From Botryllus schlosseri (lineage: Eukaryota): DNA of 64,000 bases. Shown one piece after another: positions 1 to 14,034 of this stretch (within the stretch, counting starts at the first letter, position 1; each line of letters starts with the position of its first letter). The notes beneath the pieces are model-generated. The model saw nothing but the letters and a program-made list of their open reading frames with translations, did no database searches and had not been told where the DNA came from. A program made the position numbers and the translations under genes. The DNA is taken from assembly GCA_051294905.1 (NCBI GenBank), contig CM119372.1, forward strand, positions 3,412,001 through 3,476,000, written 5' to 3'.

Positions 1-717
1 CCTATGAAACACATTGCCGCGGATAGATTACTTTAGCCTAGCATTAGACGAATCCACCGACTCAGACATTGCATAGCTAATTTTCTGGGTGTATTTTATG
101 AGAATGGACATATTTGCAGCAGAAATGCTGGCAAGGCGACCAGCGTAAACCATCGACTTGACAAATCTGACTTCTGTAACTATTGATGCAGGGCTCCAGC
201 TATGGACAGAAAGGAGAAGGGCTAATTGGTTTGCTCAGAAATGACCCCGAAACGCCAGACTTCTTCTGATATCACTGAAAGCTCAAGTGATGATGGCTTC
301 TGTAACGAAAAAGTTACCATGATTTATACTTGCTCGCGCATTGAAACAGACAGTTCCGTTGTCTGGCGAAAAGGTTTGAAGGTATACACTATACATATAC
401 CGACTTGGCAATGGACGCAATGCACGCTCCATGAAGGAATTTACATGCGTCAGGAAGATACATATTCCTCATGCAAAACATTAATTGCAAATTTACGAAT
501 GCTGTCCATTATAATGCTTTCGAATCAGGGATATATATATCCCTGTTTCGAATGCATAAAAATGAACTGAACGCCCGTATACGGCTGGTAAATATGGGCT
601 ACAGCAGCCTAAATTTAACAGTATAGCCCACAAATACATGGTAATAATGTCCTGCGGCCCGGGGCGTCTTTTTCTGTTAAAATTCAGCCGTTAAACATGG
701 GAAGTCGAGAAACCCTG
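1..717 (+). mobile_element. Right part of a decayed hAT (Buster/Charlie/SPIN-like) element with transposase remnants
   Basis: YFSLALDESTD..IA*LIF motif near 28-90 and a frameshifted VT.DGAPAM motif near 175-205; ends in gagaaaccctg; homologous to 2470-3146. Confidence 0.8.
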
Positions 718-728
718 ATATAAAGCGA

Positions 729-1143
729 CAGTGGTGGCTTTTGGGGTGGGCAAGGTGGGCGGTCGCTCGGGGTCCCCCCTGGTCGAAGCCCTGCGCTTTT
801 TTCAATAATAGCGAATAAACATGGAAATCCGTGTACCAAGCATGAATATGATTTCGTACAGATGTGTCAATCATCATCAAATATCTGCATTTGTTAGAAA
901 AGTCCCGTATCCCGAAAATCACCACGCCTCTGCATGCGGTAGAATTACTTAGTTTTGATATAGTGTATCCTGGCACATATGCAATAATAGATATGGCCGA
1001 ATCCAGCATCTGGCCAAACCTTGACGTGGCGAAAGATTGATAACAATAACAGACGCGAAAGGGGGGTCTGGGGGCGGAGCCCCCAGAAGTTGGGGTTAGA
1101 TACTTATAGGGGGCCCCCGGTAAGTCTCGTAGGGCCACCACTG
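729..1143. mobile_element. hAT-type MITE
   Basis: TIR cagtggtggc..gccaccactg; 8-bp TSD taaagcga/aaaagcga (7/8). Confidence 0.8.
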
Positions 1144-1582
1144 AAAAGCGATGATATATTACGCTGAGCTAAAATTGTCGGATTTCCTTCAAAGCTAGGT
1201 CAATATCATATTGTTTACGGAAGAGGGCGCCACAAGGTCGTGCTCAAAATGTCCAGTCCATGCAGAAGGTGAGACAGTGGTTATCACTGGGGTTCAAACA
1301 AACCCCAGGGGTCCGCCGAGCGCCGAACCAGTTTCAGAGGATAACTGGGAGTCAATACACACCGACTCATACAGTAAAAGTAACACTGATTTACAGAAAA
1401 TATTAATTACACTGTTTTTGTTTCGAGTGAAAATCATGTTCTAATACTGTCTTGCTTTTTTAACACAGTTGTTGATGCACACTTCATTCTGTGCACCGGT
1501 ATTCTGTTGTAACGTGGTGTAATGCGATTGATTTTTGTTTTCGTGACTCTGCGAAAATTCAGGTTTCGTCGATGGCTTACAG

Positions 1583-3146
1583 CAGGGGTTCTCAACCCGC
1601 GGCCCGCGGGCCGCATGCGGCCCGCAGACGTATATTTTGTGGCCCGCGACATCTTTCATCGTAAACGCAATTACTAATGACACGGTATTGTTACAAATTA
1701 ATTTAGATACTTGGCTCTTTTATCGCACCGTCTCTGTTTCGTTTCATTACTCATTCTTGAAGACAGTGGTTCTCAAATTGGGGGCACGCGCCCTCTTTGG
1801 TGCGTGAAGCATCTGAAGGGGGCGCGAAGGTGCGTTCAACTGAAAAAAATTTCGCGCTGCGCGCAATTTATCCCTAATTCACTGTTATTTCTCTGCGTAT
1901 AGTCCGAATTTCATATTTGAGAATTCTCTGATCAACGGCTATAGCCTTCCATGCCATCAAACTAGCCGTTTGTATTGCTAGCATTCTGGTTGCATTTTGT
2001 TATAGGACGATAAGGGGGCACGAAATTTTTCCCTATCAAAAAGGGGGGGCGTGACTAAAAAATGTTTGAGAACCACTGCTTCAATGTGTTCTCGTTTCTT
2101 GATATATGCTCGACTTCAGATTGTTATTGTTTTGAATCATTATTCGGCTGGACTCTGGTTCAAGAGAATCCCGCTTCTTAGTAGGCCTACACTTTTAAAG
2201 AGTGTTTGACTCACTGCGAACGGTTGTTGAGATTGCCGACGACGTTACAGACGCATCGTTTAAAATTGCTTCGAATATCGCTAAACCCAAGAAATCTGAT
2301 ATAGAAGGTGTGATTTCAATAAAATCGTAACATACTTTGCGAATATTTGCTGTTTCCGGAACTTAGCAGCAAGGACAACATCACCAGACAAATTTCGAAG
2401 ATGCAATCGTCTGATTCAATCCTGACCAGACGAGTAACATCAATATCAGTCAATCTTTTATCGCCTGTTCTGAAACACGTTGCCGCGTAGACTACTTTTA
2501 CGCCTTGGATGAATCCACCGACATTGTATAACTAATTATCTGGTTGAATGTCATCAGAGGGGACATATATGCAGAGAAATACTGGCTGGGCAAACGTGGG
2601 GAGGGGACCAGCGAAAAATATCAACTTGACAAAGCTGACTTCTGTAACTATTAGTACAGTGCCCTAGGCATGAACGGAAAGGAGAAATGTTGATTGTTTT
2701 GCTCAGAAATGCCTCCAAGCACCAGATCTCTTCTCGTATCACTCAGAGCTCAATGTGATAATGGTCTCTGCAACGCAAATGTTATAGTAATTTTATACTT
2801 GCTCGCCCACGCATTGGAAGAAAGAGTTCGGCTCTCTGGTGGAAGGATTTGAAGTTGCATATACCGACTTGACAACGAATGTAATGCACGCTCCATGAAG
2901 GGATTTATATGCGCAGCTAGAAGATACATATTCTCACAAGCAGCAGCTGCAAACTTACGAACGCTGTTCATTATTACTTTATAATGCATAGAAATGTACT
3001 AAATGCCGGTATACGACTGGTAAATCGGCTACAATAGCCTAAATTTAATAGTAGCCCATGAATGCAAGGTAACATAGTTTTGCGGCCCGCAGCGTCTTTT
3101 GCTGTTAAAATGCGGCCCGTTATACCAGGAAAGTTGAGAACCCCTG
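1583..3146 (+). mobile_element. Internally deleted non-autonomous hAT transposon with transposase remnants
   Basis: TIR caggggttctcaac..gttgagaacccctg; perfect 8-bp TSD gcttacag; decayed ALDESTD motif near 2500-2525. Confidence 0.9.
1764..2078. mobile_element. hAT-type MITE nested in the 1583-3146 element
   Basis: TIR cagtggttctcaaa..tttgagaaccactg; TSD degraded. Confidence 0.7.
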
Positions 3147-4884
3147 GCTTACAGATTGGCGCAGTGTTCGCCAGGCAACAATGATTAATATATATATATA
3201 TATCGGCTTTCAATTAAATAAAAGGGCAAAAGAAAACAGGAAACAAAGGAACATCAAGATATCAGTTTTGGGCCCTTATCAAGCGCCTCCAGCGTGGGCG
3301 GTCGTGGGCGTCTTCGAGCGATAGCCCGCGTTGCGCTAGCTCGGTCTCTATTGTTGAGCGCCATGTGGTTCTATTCCAGCCACCTCTGCGCCATGGCTCT
3401 GTCATTGACACCTGCCGCTCACACAACAATGATTAAGGACCACTTAGATAAGACTTTCTACTCGGTTACGGCGTCACAGTCAAATTATGATATATGTTAA
3501 AGGCAAGCTCGTGTAAGCAATACCTTTAATCCCTCTTGCCTAAGCTTGAGGTTTGATGCATTGCGACGACATTCATCGTATATGCAAGTAACGGCAAAGC
3601 ATTCATAGAACGAATCAAGGTAACCGCATCTTTGTAAATGATAAGGTATAAAAACGTTCTTATATTGTACTAATTAATGTAATAGTACCGCTTTCACTAC
3701 TACACGCACGCATGTAATTATTACGTTATTGATGGGGTTTATATGATTCGTGAGCCTTAGCTGATTCTGCACCGCCTTATTGTGTGATCGTGATTTCCTC
3801 GCCTGCCTGATTGATCATGAATGATAATTAAATATATCCAATTGCACCAAGATGCATGCATTGCTTCGCATCTATGAAACATTCGTTCGAGCGTCAGATT
3901 AGGAAGACAGCAGTAATATTCTATTCCGTGAAACCGACGAAAGTGAACGCACCGATATGAGCAGTGCAGAATAGACAGAATATATTTTATTGATGTCGTA
4001 TCATGGTTTCAGGTGTTTCTATTCTATCATTGTTTTTGGCGCTGTGGGGTATTTGTGTGGCGCGTAGAATGGGAACAGGGGGACTAACTTTTAACTGCGT
4101 AGGGTGTTTGAACTTTGAAGACGCCTTTTCAAGCAATGCTAGAACTGGGCATTGAGCTCGGTCGTGGCAGGCTGGATTGTTCGTGATTTAGCAGAGTAAC
4201 TTATTTTGCATAAATGGAATGAGTTGATACTTCACGCGATGTTGTGATACATTTAACCCTATCTGATATGCAGATGTGCAGACGTAGGCTATAATGCGTA
4301 TTCAGAAGTTCGCAGCGACCCTCGTCAGCCTGTCAATATTGTAGTATAAGGCATAGAGCTGTTAGTATGAAGAATTTGATACCAGTATTTAGTATGAGGA
4401 GACAGAATAGCGTGTCATGATGTTGGGTGAAACCCATAGAACCAGTAAACGTGATGGTCAGCTCAAGTTCTTATCTCATGATTTGCGCTTAGGCGACGAC
4501 TGGTGTATATTTTATGTGTTAGTTTAGCTTTCACGTAAAGGTCTCTCTTGCTCGGTTTCAGTTGTAAAACAGCAGAAGCACTCACGCCATATTTATTAAG
4601 GTGGGAGAGCGGCTGTTGCCTCTTGAGCGTGTTGTGTTTACAGAATGTCAATTACAAAGCCAGTAAAATCCGATAATACTGTCAATCAGCAGATTTTGGT
4701 GTTCTATGTTCAATATTTGTATGCAGCACTATTCACGCCAGGCAGATTGTCCGAATGTACATTTAGTTACAGTTTCGGCTTCGCGCAAACACCCAATACC
4801 CATTCATTGAATATAATGAACCGAAATTTGATTACAATTCCGTTAGTGGACAGTTTCATCGATGATGGAACTTAATATCGGATG

Positions 4885-5591
4885 TAGGGTTTTTTAAAAC
4901 GCCGTAGCATGTTTTAAACAGTGTTTTAAAGACATTTCATTTCAAAGAATTGTTTTTTCAAAAGTTGTATAATCATGCCATAATAGTGTAAACACTTTCG
5001 ACAAGCATGTAGTATGAGCCTACGGACGATTTGCACCCGATATAGTTGACGTATAAAACATAAAGTGATGGTTCAATATTCGTCAGATTATATTTTCATC
5101 TGTCCAAGAGCCCATGACATACACACAATGTACAATGCGATATACAAGATACACAATGCCATGTAATGAACAGATATGAAGATGCCGAGCGACCATTTGC
5201 GGTCTGCGGACTGGCATCCACCTCGGCCTACTATAATGGCTGGAGCCCTCGAAATGGTCGTCGCTCCAACAGCTATAGCACGTAGACATGAATCATTGGT
5301 ACGGATCGGATGTTCTGATGATGACCTCCGACCGTAAAATGCCGCATATTTATGTGGTCTAGGTCAAAGATACTTTTGGTCCGTTTCAGACAGGAGTCGG
5401 AAGCTTTTTTTTTCATCAAGGAGCCATATTTACCCCATATTTCAATTGTTAATGTCAATCACTGTGGCGTCACAGTTCATATTCGTGACATCATGGCTAA
5501 AGAAAAACAAAAGCATCAATAAAAACATGTTTCAAGCGAGAGCCATTTTTTAAACATGTTTTTATTGCTTTTTGTTTTAAATGCAAACCTA
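4885..5591 (-). mobile_element. MITE family A (taggg..ttttaaatgcaacccta)
   Basis: TIRs with TSD atcggatg/atcggatc; reverse-complement homology to 27970-28523 and 38484-39033. Confidence 0.75.
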
Positions 5592-8500
5592 ATCGGATCT
5601 GTGTTTGAACGATCGGCGATCGTACTCACTACACTGCAGTGACAGCAGGTCACATTTGAAAGACATACCGGCAAATCGTATCAGATTACGAGGGCGATTT
5701 TTTTCGACCTAAAACGGAAGATTTTGACCTATCACAATCACAATTTTTACATTTCTTGACCTTAAAAAACTTAATTTCCACCAGATTTTGATCACATGTA
5801 TGTAAATTAGGTGTTTTCGCACATAATGTTAGAATTGTACTACTTATCTTCATCTCTGGTTGGAACGGTCTGTCCTTACGAAGTAGTCTGGCCTGAAAAA
5901 ACATTTTTGACTGAAAAACGGACAAATTTTTACGTGAAAAAAAAACGTTATTTTAACGGAATGTGGACGTATGAAGGATTCCAGTATAGTTACATCGCGC
6001 ATTAAGGTAGAGATAATTAAAATTTGTTGTAAGTGCAACGAAAGATACTTTCATGCTGTCTCGTGTAAAAAGTGTCTGTCCTCACAAACTATAACTTGCC
6101 AATAATATAGAAAAAAACGTTCAACAGCAGCAGTTGTTGGCTAGCAGCACTGAAGTTGCGCAATGCGCATACACTGCTGGTAACACTCTGTGTTGCTTCA
6201 TTCTCTCGAAGGTCTCTACATCACAATTTTTGATATAAAAACGAATGCCCACGCACCCTTGCCTCTGTTGGGACATTGCGGTACATTAGGCATAATTTAT
6301 TATTCACAATGAGCAGACAAGGGGCCGTATACAACGGTGACCCTATAAATTGGGCTACAAGCTGTAAAATATCAAATGATAAGTTCGCTGACGGTGCAAA
6401 CATCTACAATAAAACGATTGCTAGAATGACGAAAATGCCCTGGCCATGTAAAATAGACCCTATACCCCCGGGTTACTTCGTGATTTCTGCACTTCGAATT
6501 CCCCGTGAAAGCCGTCCTCCGCTGGCGAATCAAGAGATAGATGATCTGGTACATCCTACAAAAGCATGAAAGTGGGTTGGTCTTATTTGATAGTGCAAAC
6601 AGTACAGCTTGAAAATGTGTTATATTATATTATATAGGAAATAACTCTTCAGAAATCACTGTAACAAATACGACAGGTCTATTAGTATGAAGAACGTCAA
6701 TGCAGTATCTATGAGGGTTTCCATGAGAAAATAAAACAAATATACAATGTTGTAAAGATGGTATCATTTTGATTTTGTCGCATGAAAAATTCCTATCTGA
6801 ACGTTGTGAATTATCAATTCTGTTATTACGTCATGTGGGATTCTCAAATACCCTATTCGACTCGGATGCTGACTAATGGATTCATAATCGAAACTGTCAG
6901 GTAACTGATTTTTCCCCAGCCCTGTTTATAACGCTATGTATTACGTATGCCCTGGGTGCAGCAATAATCAGCCTTGTCACTACAGACAGGATCCCGTATA
7001 TATGTTGACGCCCAGTGATATCCGAAAGATGAGTAGGTTAATTGATTGTATTTACGGACGATCTGTCATAACTTGCCTATCCCCTCGTTTCGGTCAAACA
7101 CACAAGCACTGCTACAATTTATGCGCATCAAAGTTGAGTTTATGGAATGAAGTCACGCGAGTGATTGCTAAGGTGACTCCACAACGCTGGCACAATTAAA
7201 ATCATAATTGAATACATATTTATATAGTAGACAAAGGCAGTTTGATTAGTGTCTTGGAGCTGTTGCTGCGAAAATACCACGACTCTCAGGTCTTAGTCAC
7301 TCCATAACTTCAAATACTAATAATATTTTTTGTTTTGTAACGGAATAATAGGGTTATTTTTGTTCACATCCGGGTTTTCCGCAAATCATAATTCACGCCT
7401 GACTGTTCAGTCATTTACTGATAGCGCGTAACCTTTAACGTAGCTAAACTCAATTTTTTCGGCAATTGAATCCCCTTCCCGTGTTGAGTAGCATCTAAGT
7501 TTATCAGTGATGAGATCAATTAGCGATAAATATCCCGTGCTTGATTGTTGACCAGACGCACTGCCATGGTCGGACGCGACTCAATAGACTTTGAATCACG
7601 CCTTCACCAGCCGTGTCTGGCAGCCTTTTAAGAAAGCGACATATGCGTCTGGCTGTACGTTTTGTATAGTGAATGTGATACAGAAAACAAACATTCGAAT
7701 ATTCAGCCTTAGGGAAATCAGACTCGGAATGTACGCTGGTTAAAGTTCTCACAATTTTCCTAATGCATCGGGAGTCAAGAGTTTTTTTTTACAGCAGAGT
7801 TGATGATATCTGTATTTGCAGCATCTGAATCAGTGAATATTTCTGTGTGCTTTAGAGATGTTGTGACCGACAACGTGCGAGTCATTTCTCAGAGCCTCAG
7901 CAGGGTGAAATGGAAGTGATGTTCCGTAATTTTATTTCAACTATTCCCCAGCAGCTCTTGCTATTTTTCCACTCACTTCAAAGGATTATGGTATAATACC
8001 TGATCTTGGCTGACTATCGGCGTCCGATTGATGATCAGCTTCTTAATGCTGACACTGTATGGGTATCGAGTGGGTTGCCATTTCGCGTGCCATTCACAAA
8101 AGCTTAGTTGTTAACCAAGCAATTGTATAGTTAGGCGATGGGCCTCCTCAAACAATTGCTGGCGAGGAAGAATACCTCGACGTTTAGCAAAGACCTCTCC
8201 CAAATAATCCGATTTTAGTGTGAGACTCTGAGCGCAAGAATAGACAACCATGAAAATATTTATATTTGGTAGCGGGAAATGTTCAAGGATTTAGAAAGTT
8301 GACGTTTACCTAAGCCAACCCGGCAGAATGGTAGTCACGGTATGGGTTATTGTATGGAATTCAATGCAATTAATGTGTCAATCTGTTGGTCTCTGCCCCC
8401 TACAGCACATTTGCCCGTTAATATACCAATCATTGCAATATTGTATCAGTTGGTGCTTCATTTCTATTGCAATTATTATCTTTGCAAAGTTTCACTAAAG

Positions 8501-10070
8501 TTCTGCATCATCTACAAATCAATTGCGATATTTGAAACCGCCAACTTCACGAGACACTCGATCTGTCACGACCAGATTTCATACGTGTTTGAGTATGGCA
8601 TTGCGGTACTTGACCTCCGTAGTTTCAGATGGAGCGCAGATACAATTTGATATGAACTTGTACAGACTGAGATAAGATATCATTTCATTCATACTATAAC
8701 GCAAAACAGATTGTACAATGTATACGTACAATGTACATAGTAAGTTTTATCTAAGCATGGGTGAATGAATGGGCGCACGATTGCCAGTCGTGAAATATCT
8801 CATAACGAAGTTTGGTAATCGGGGTTTACGATAACCTACATCCGGTGCATTTGGCGTGATTTTGATTAAGGATACGCTAGCAACATGCGAGAGACAAATG
8901 CATCTCACAAGTGTGAATATCGAACTCTTGTCAGTGATATTGCTATATTGTATAGGGTTTTGGTTGTTAAATGGATTTGATTCTGACAGTTCGCATATCT
9001 TTAATTGTCACTTTTGCTGTGCAATCAACAATGGCTTATTGGAATATCTAAATAGATCATCGTACTGCGACTATCCACCAAGTAATTCGGATGGTCTCTT
9101 TGACTGCGCAATTGTTTTATTTTGCCTGGCAATTCTGCTAATTACACAACGTCGTTAAGGTCATTACCGTCATATAAGATCACTGGGCCTGTGCATTGCA
9201 TGTCAGAGTCTCAGAATTCAAAAATATGAGGGAAATTATACGCCCAACCAGTATTTGCGCAATAGAGCTAAAATACTGTGTACACACACACGTGAGCTCG
9301 AAGATGTCCCAGAGCATCAGTGACGAGTCCAAGCTAATCCACCTAATAATAGTGAAACCTAGGTCACTGCGTTGTTAAAAATGGCTGTGCAGTGTGCACG
9401 TAGCTGTTATACATGGTACTCGGGTGAATCAAAATACCATTATCTGAAACTGTCAGCAAACCCATAGTCAAGAAGCTCGGGAGCATATTATTAGATACGC
9501 CCATATATACGCCAACGCTTCCTTAGTGTTGCGCAGGCGTAACCTGTGCGATATCTATGATATTCAGTGAGGCGTTGTAGCAATGTCAACAATCGCCGGC
9601 ATAACTGGCTCAACTCGCATTCCCAGTAAACATTCGGAGTGTTCTACATATCTTATCCAAGATTATAATTTGGCTAAATGTGTTAAAACAACATTTCGAC
9701 GACCTTGTGTATCGCATTTGAAGCACCAGCTGCGCGTGATTGCAGATCGCGGAACGGCCTTCTTCAACGATACGTCTGTACTTAATGTTACTGGCCATGT
9801 GTATTTCGTCTATTCTATTGTCAAGGCCACAGCCAGACTTGGACAACTTATTTGGAAAAGATTGTGTACTGTGTAGCTGTATTCTAATTCCAATATACTT
9901 TTTCAATATTTTATTGTTGTTCAACTCTGATCATGTCACTAGTTAGACTACGAGGTATCAAATATCGGGTTCGTAACCGTATACCAAATAGATGGTTGCT
10001 GGTAGAACTTGTAAAGTTTAGGCACTATCCCTTATTGGGCGACTTGCAACGGGCGAACTAGCTATATACG

Positions 10071-10369
10071 TAGGGTTGCCATACGTCGCCCATTTTCAGT
10101 AAATGTCCTTTGAGGACGCCTAAATGTCTTCCTTAGAAATTCGTCTTCCTTTACAGGTTTGACAGCCAGGCGTAAACTGAAAATCGCCATAAATAACGCG
10201 AAATACGTAATGCGGACGTTCGAGCGGGTCACTCAGGAGTCAGGTCGGATTGGTGACGTTTTTTTAGACCAGCAAATATTTCAAAATCACTTGCTTTTTC
10301 GGTCGTAAATTAACTTTTAGGTTTTTATAAAAGTGTTCCCCTTTTCCGATTCCCTACATGGTAACCCTA
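10071..10369 (+). mobile_element. MITE family B (tagggttgccat..atggtaacccta)
   Basis: TIRs; near-TSD tatatacg; homologous to 62697-63127. Confidence 0.75.
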
Positions 10370-10530
10370 TAATATACGTCCATCACTGTAAATACACTGA
10401 ATTATTAGACTCACTTTGTGAATTGTGACCTTAAAGGAGAATACCGATCTAAATATGATGCGATCGCAACTTGAAGATAAAATCGTGAAATATTTATTTG
10501 CAGCGACCGCTTTCTCCTGAAAGCCACCGT

Positions 10531-10810
10531 TGTTGTTTGTGGTATTCATGGTTGTTGTCGACTACTATGGTCATTTACTGATTTACACCATAGGTAAATT
10601 TATTCAGTTTTATTCCGTAGCTGCCGACTTGTAGCACGGCCCACTTAGGCTTCTATAATACACCGTCTACGCGGATGAGATGACGAGAAGGAGCCTAGAT
10701 AACCCTCCAACACTTCAGTAGGAATTCTGAAGTCGACCTCGGTTGGACTCGAACCCGCAACCAATTGGTGTTGCAGCTGTGTCTTATACCACTACGCTAT
10801 CTCGCCAAAT
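10531..10810 (-). mobile_element. tRNA-derived SINE family 1
   Basis: Reverse strand has A box tagcgtagtgg and B box gggttcgagtcc, (aac)n tail; flanking direct repeat aa(g/a)ccaccgt. Confidence 0.8.
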
Positions 10811-11976
10811 AAAACCACCGTATTCGAACTGCATATTCATAAAACTATACCCATTGCACTATAACTGTATCAATCATGTCATTATATTTAGAACGCAGTG
10901 CTCCTGTAAGCCTAATGTGATCCTCGCTCGCCTAATGTATACCTATGTTAATTCGCTGGCAAAAGGACAGTGCACCTGACGTACACTTTGGAAACGACAT
11001 ACTTAAGTAAATGTAATCATTAATTACAGCTTGGGATAGAGGAAAATAGGAATGTGATGAAAGCAAACACTTTCCATTGAGATAATATTTCTTTGAAATG
11101 CGTAATCCCGCCGTAGGCGTAACATCACGAGACCTTGTTTATCGAGGAATGAGACGATCGCCTTGTGGGTCCGACAATCATGTTCCGCAAACAAAGTCGA
11201 TAAATTTGATTCTGTCGGAGAATGATCAAACCGAATTGTGACCTATAAAAATCACACGCGACTTATATGCATGAGGTAAACGACCTTCGGGAGTAGTTCA
11301 AGTAGTATGGTCAGCAGATGGCTTCTTTCTGATTTTGATTTTGACAAAATTCCCGTTCTATATCTCGCAGTTACGCAGAGTCAGGTAACTAGAAAATTGT
11401 CAGGTTTTCCAAATTAAATTTGAATTGTTGATTTGGACCTGGAACTTGGTAATTGAATAAAAATCCATATTAGGAAGGAATACAATAAAATTCAAGTTAG
11501 TTAATAATAATAAATCAGAATTCATTTTCATAAGCTCACCAAGCTTGGTTCGTCTCACACTCTACACTTGTCCTGTGTAGTGTCAGTTTGAGGAATTCCA
11601 GAAAGTAGCTTGGAATTAAAATTAGAGTGTAAAAATATGTCAGAAATCAGATTAAAAATAGATGACCGATATTTGTCTTCAACGCATGGGTTCTTACCGA
11701 ATGGGTCCGTGGACGCCTTGTGTGTACGAAGCACCAAAGCGAAGGGTACGAGATGTAGGCTGTTGGCCTTGCGTCCGGGAATTGTGTGATCCAGGGCATT
11801 ATTCGACATGGAATGAGTGTGTTTGTTCTATGTGCCTAAATGGTAGTGATGAAATGGCCCGCATTAGAAGTTATGTTGAAACCCTTATGGGGGCCCAAGA
11901 CCAGTGCGTGGTGGCGGCCTGATGATGGACAGGGGCACGAGAAATTTTAATGGCAGCTTAAGGTTAAGAAACACAC

Positions 11977-14034
11977 AATGGTTAACATATTTTGGAATTC
12001 GGAAAAGAGGACCCTTTTTACAAATCATTAAAGTTATATTACCGGACCAGAACACTGCTGATTCTAATTTTTTTTTCTGGACATCTTGTTTTGTTGACTA
12101 AAAAGAGGTCATCTTTCCGACTGCACTCTCGAATTTCCCACTTTTTGTAGTGACTGCTGTGGTATTGAGTGTTGACTAAATGTAGTTTCTCTCCAGTCCT
12201 GCTCCCGAATGACGCGCTCGAGCGTCCGCGTTGCAGATTTATGGCGATTTTTAGTCGAGCATGTCCAGTAGGGTTGTCCATAATTTGGAAAATCTTACAA
12301 ATCCTCGGTTGTAATGTCTTATTCGATAGATTATTGATACAAAACGACACTGAGCCTGAAAGAAGCTCACAGAAAGGCCGTTAAGATTTCGTGCAAAGCG
12401 TTTGAAAGTAGCTGCCGAAGAATGGGCGTGCCACCGACCATAGACCGGCGAGAAGACTAGTAATCAAGAAACCACGGCTCTTGATTGGATAATCGGCTAT
12501 GCTTCAATGACCACGTCAGCAGCAGCTTGCTGATTAGGTGAACAAGGAGTCTGCTACTGGCGGCGATTCTGAAAGCGTATTGTATGTAGGTTGACAGATA
12601 ATGATTTAGGATTGATTCAAGGTATCTTGAGGTACGAAATACATGATGTACGAACAACAGCAGCTTCACAAAAACGTCTAAAGCATGACCGCTTCATTGT
12701 GAAGAAAACCGCTGTAGCCTATATGCCTTGTTTTCAACGAGGGAAAGCATAGGCGCTTATGCAAGTGGCGACGGATTCCTAGTTTCAGAAATAATATATC
12801 ATTATTGAATACAAAGATAAAGCTTAACAATGACACTATAAGTTAGGTGATCTTATTAGGCTCAGGTTGCAGTACATAGTTGAAGTTTTGAATGCTCTAG
12901 CGATCGGCTGAATCAGGCGGTTAGGCTTAGCACTCATCAGATGTTTGCAGCAAATTAAATTCACTTGTAAATGTTTTCAAATTCCCTAATGATGTGGCAG
13001 AAACGGGGTTTAAATGCAAGCACAGGCCCTGCTTGATATGATATGCAAACTATGCTGGATACTATGCACTATGCAGCATTGTCTGTGTTTACCTTTACAC
13101 CCCTTTTCTGCGCGATTATTAAGATATTTGACATATCATATCCAGCATATTATGTGCTTACTTTTACGCCTCTTTTCTGCGTCATCATCAAGGACTCTGA
13201 CAACACTTGCAAGGGAATACAGTTTGATGCAAGCATCTGACAAGTCCCAAGCATAACCCGCTGATTCAGCCGACCCTTAGAGCTTTCAAAACTTCAACTA
13301 TGTACTACAACCTGAGCCCAATGAGATCACACAAACTATAGTGTCATTGTTAAGCTTTGTCTTTGTCTTCCATAATGATATATTATTTCTGAAACTAGGA
13401 ATCCGTCGCCACTTGCATAAGCGCCTATGCTTTCCCTCGTTGAAAACAAGGCATATAGGCTACGGCGGTTTCTTTCACAATAAAGCAGTCATGCTTTAGA
13501 CGTTTTTGTGAAGCAGCTGTTGTTTGTTCATCATGTATTTCGTACCTCAACATACCCTTAATCAATCCTAAATCATTATCTGTCAACCTACATACAATGC
13601 GCTTTCAGAATCGCAGCAAGTAGCAGACTCCTTGTTCACCTAATCAGCAAGCTGCTGCTGACGTGGTCATTGAAGCATAGCCGATTATCCAATCAAGAGC
13701 CGTGGTTTCTTGATTATTAGTCTTCTCGCCGTTCTATGGTCAGTGGCACGCCCATTCTTCGGCAGCTACTTTCAAACGCTTTGCACGAAATCTTAACGGC
13801 CTTTCTGTGAGCTTCTTTCAGGCTCATTGTCGTTTTTTTATCAATAATCTATCGAATAAGACATTACAACCGAGGATTTGTAAGATTTTCCAAATTATGG
13901 ACAACCCTATTGTCCAGCTCTTTAGCCTTGACTGTCAGAGCTATAAAGGAGGCCGAATTTCCAAACAAGGAGGACATTGTCGATTTTCGGAAAAAGGAAG
14001 ACAAATCGTCATGTAGGAGGACACATGGTAACTC
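11977..14034 (-). mobile_element. Family B MITE split by the foldback element
   Basis: 11977-12268 and 13910-14034 match the two halves of the reverse-complemented family B element. Confidence 0.65.
12269..13909. mobile_element. 1.64-kb foldback (palindromic) element with ~780-bp inverted arms
   Basis: 12269..~13050 is the reverse complement of ~13127..13909; ends tagggttgtcc/ggacaacccta; TSD atgtccag/ttgtccag. Confidence 0.9.

Noticed and set aside
7516..7860. Minus-strand near-continuous reading frame broken at a T homopolymer
   Set aside because: No recognisable motif or splice structure; cannot be supported without a search.
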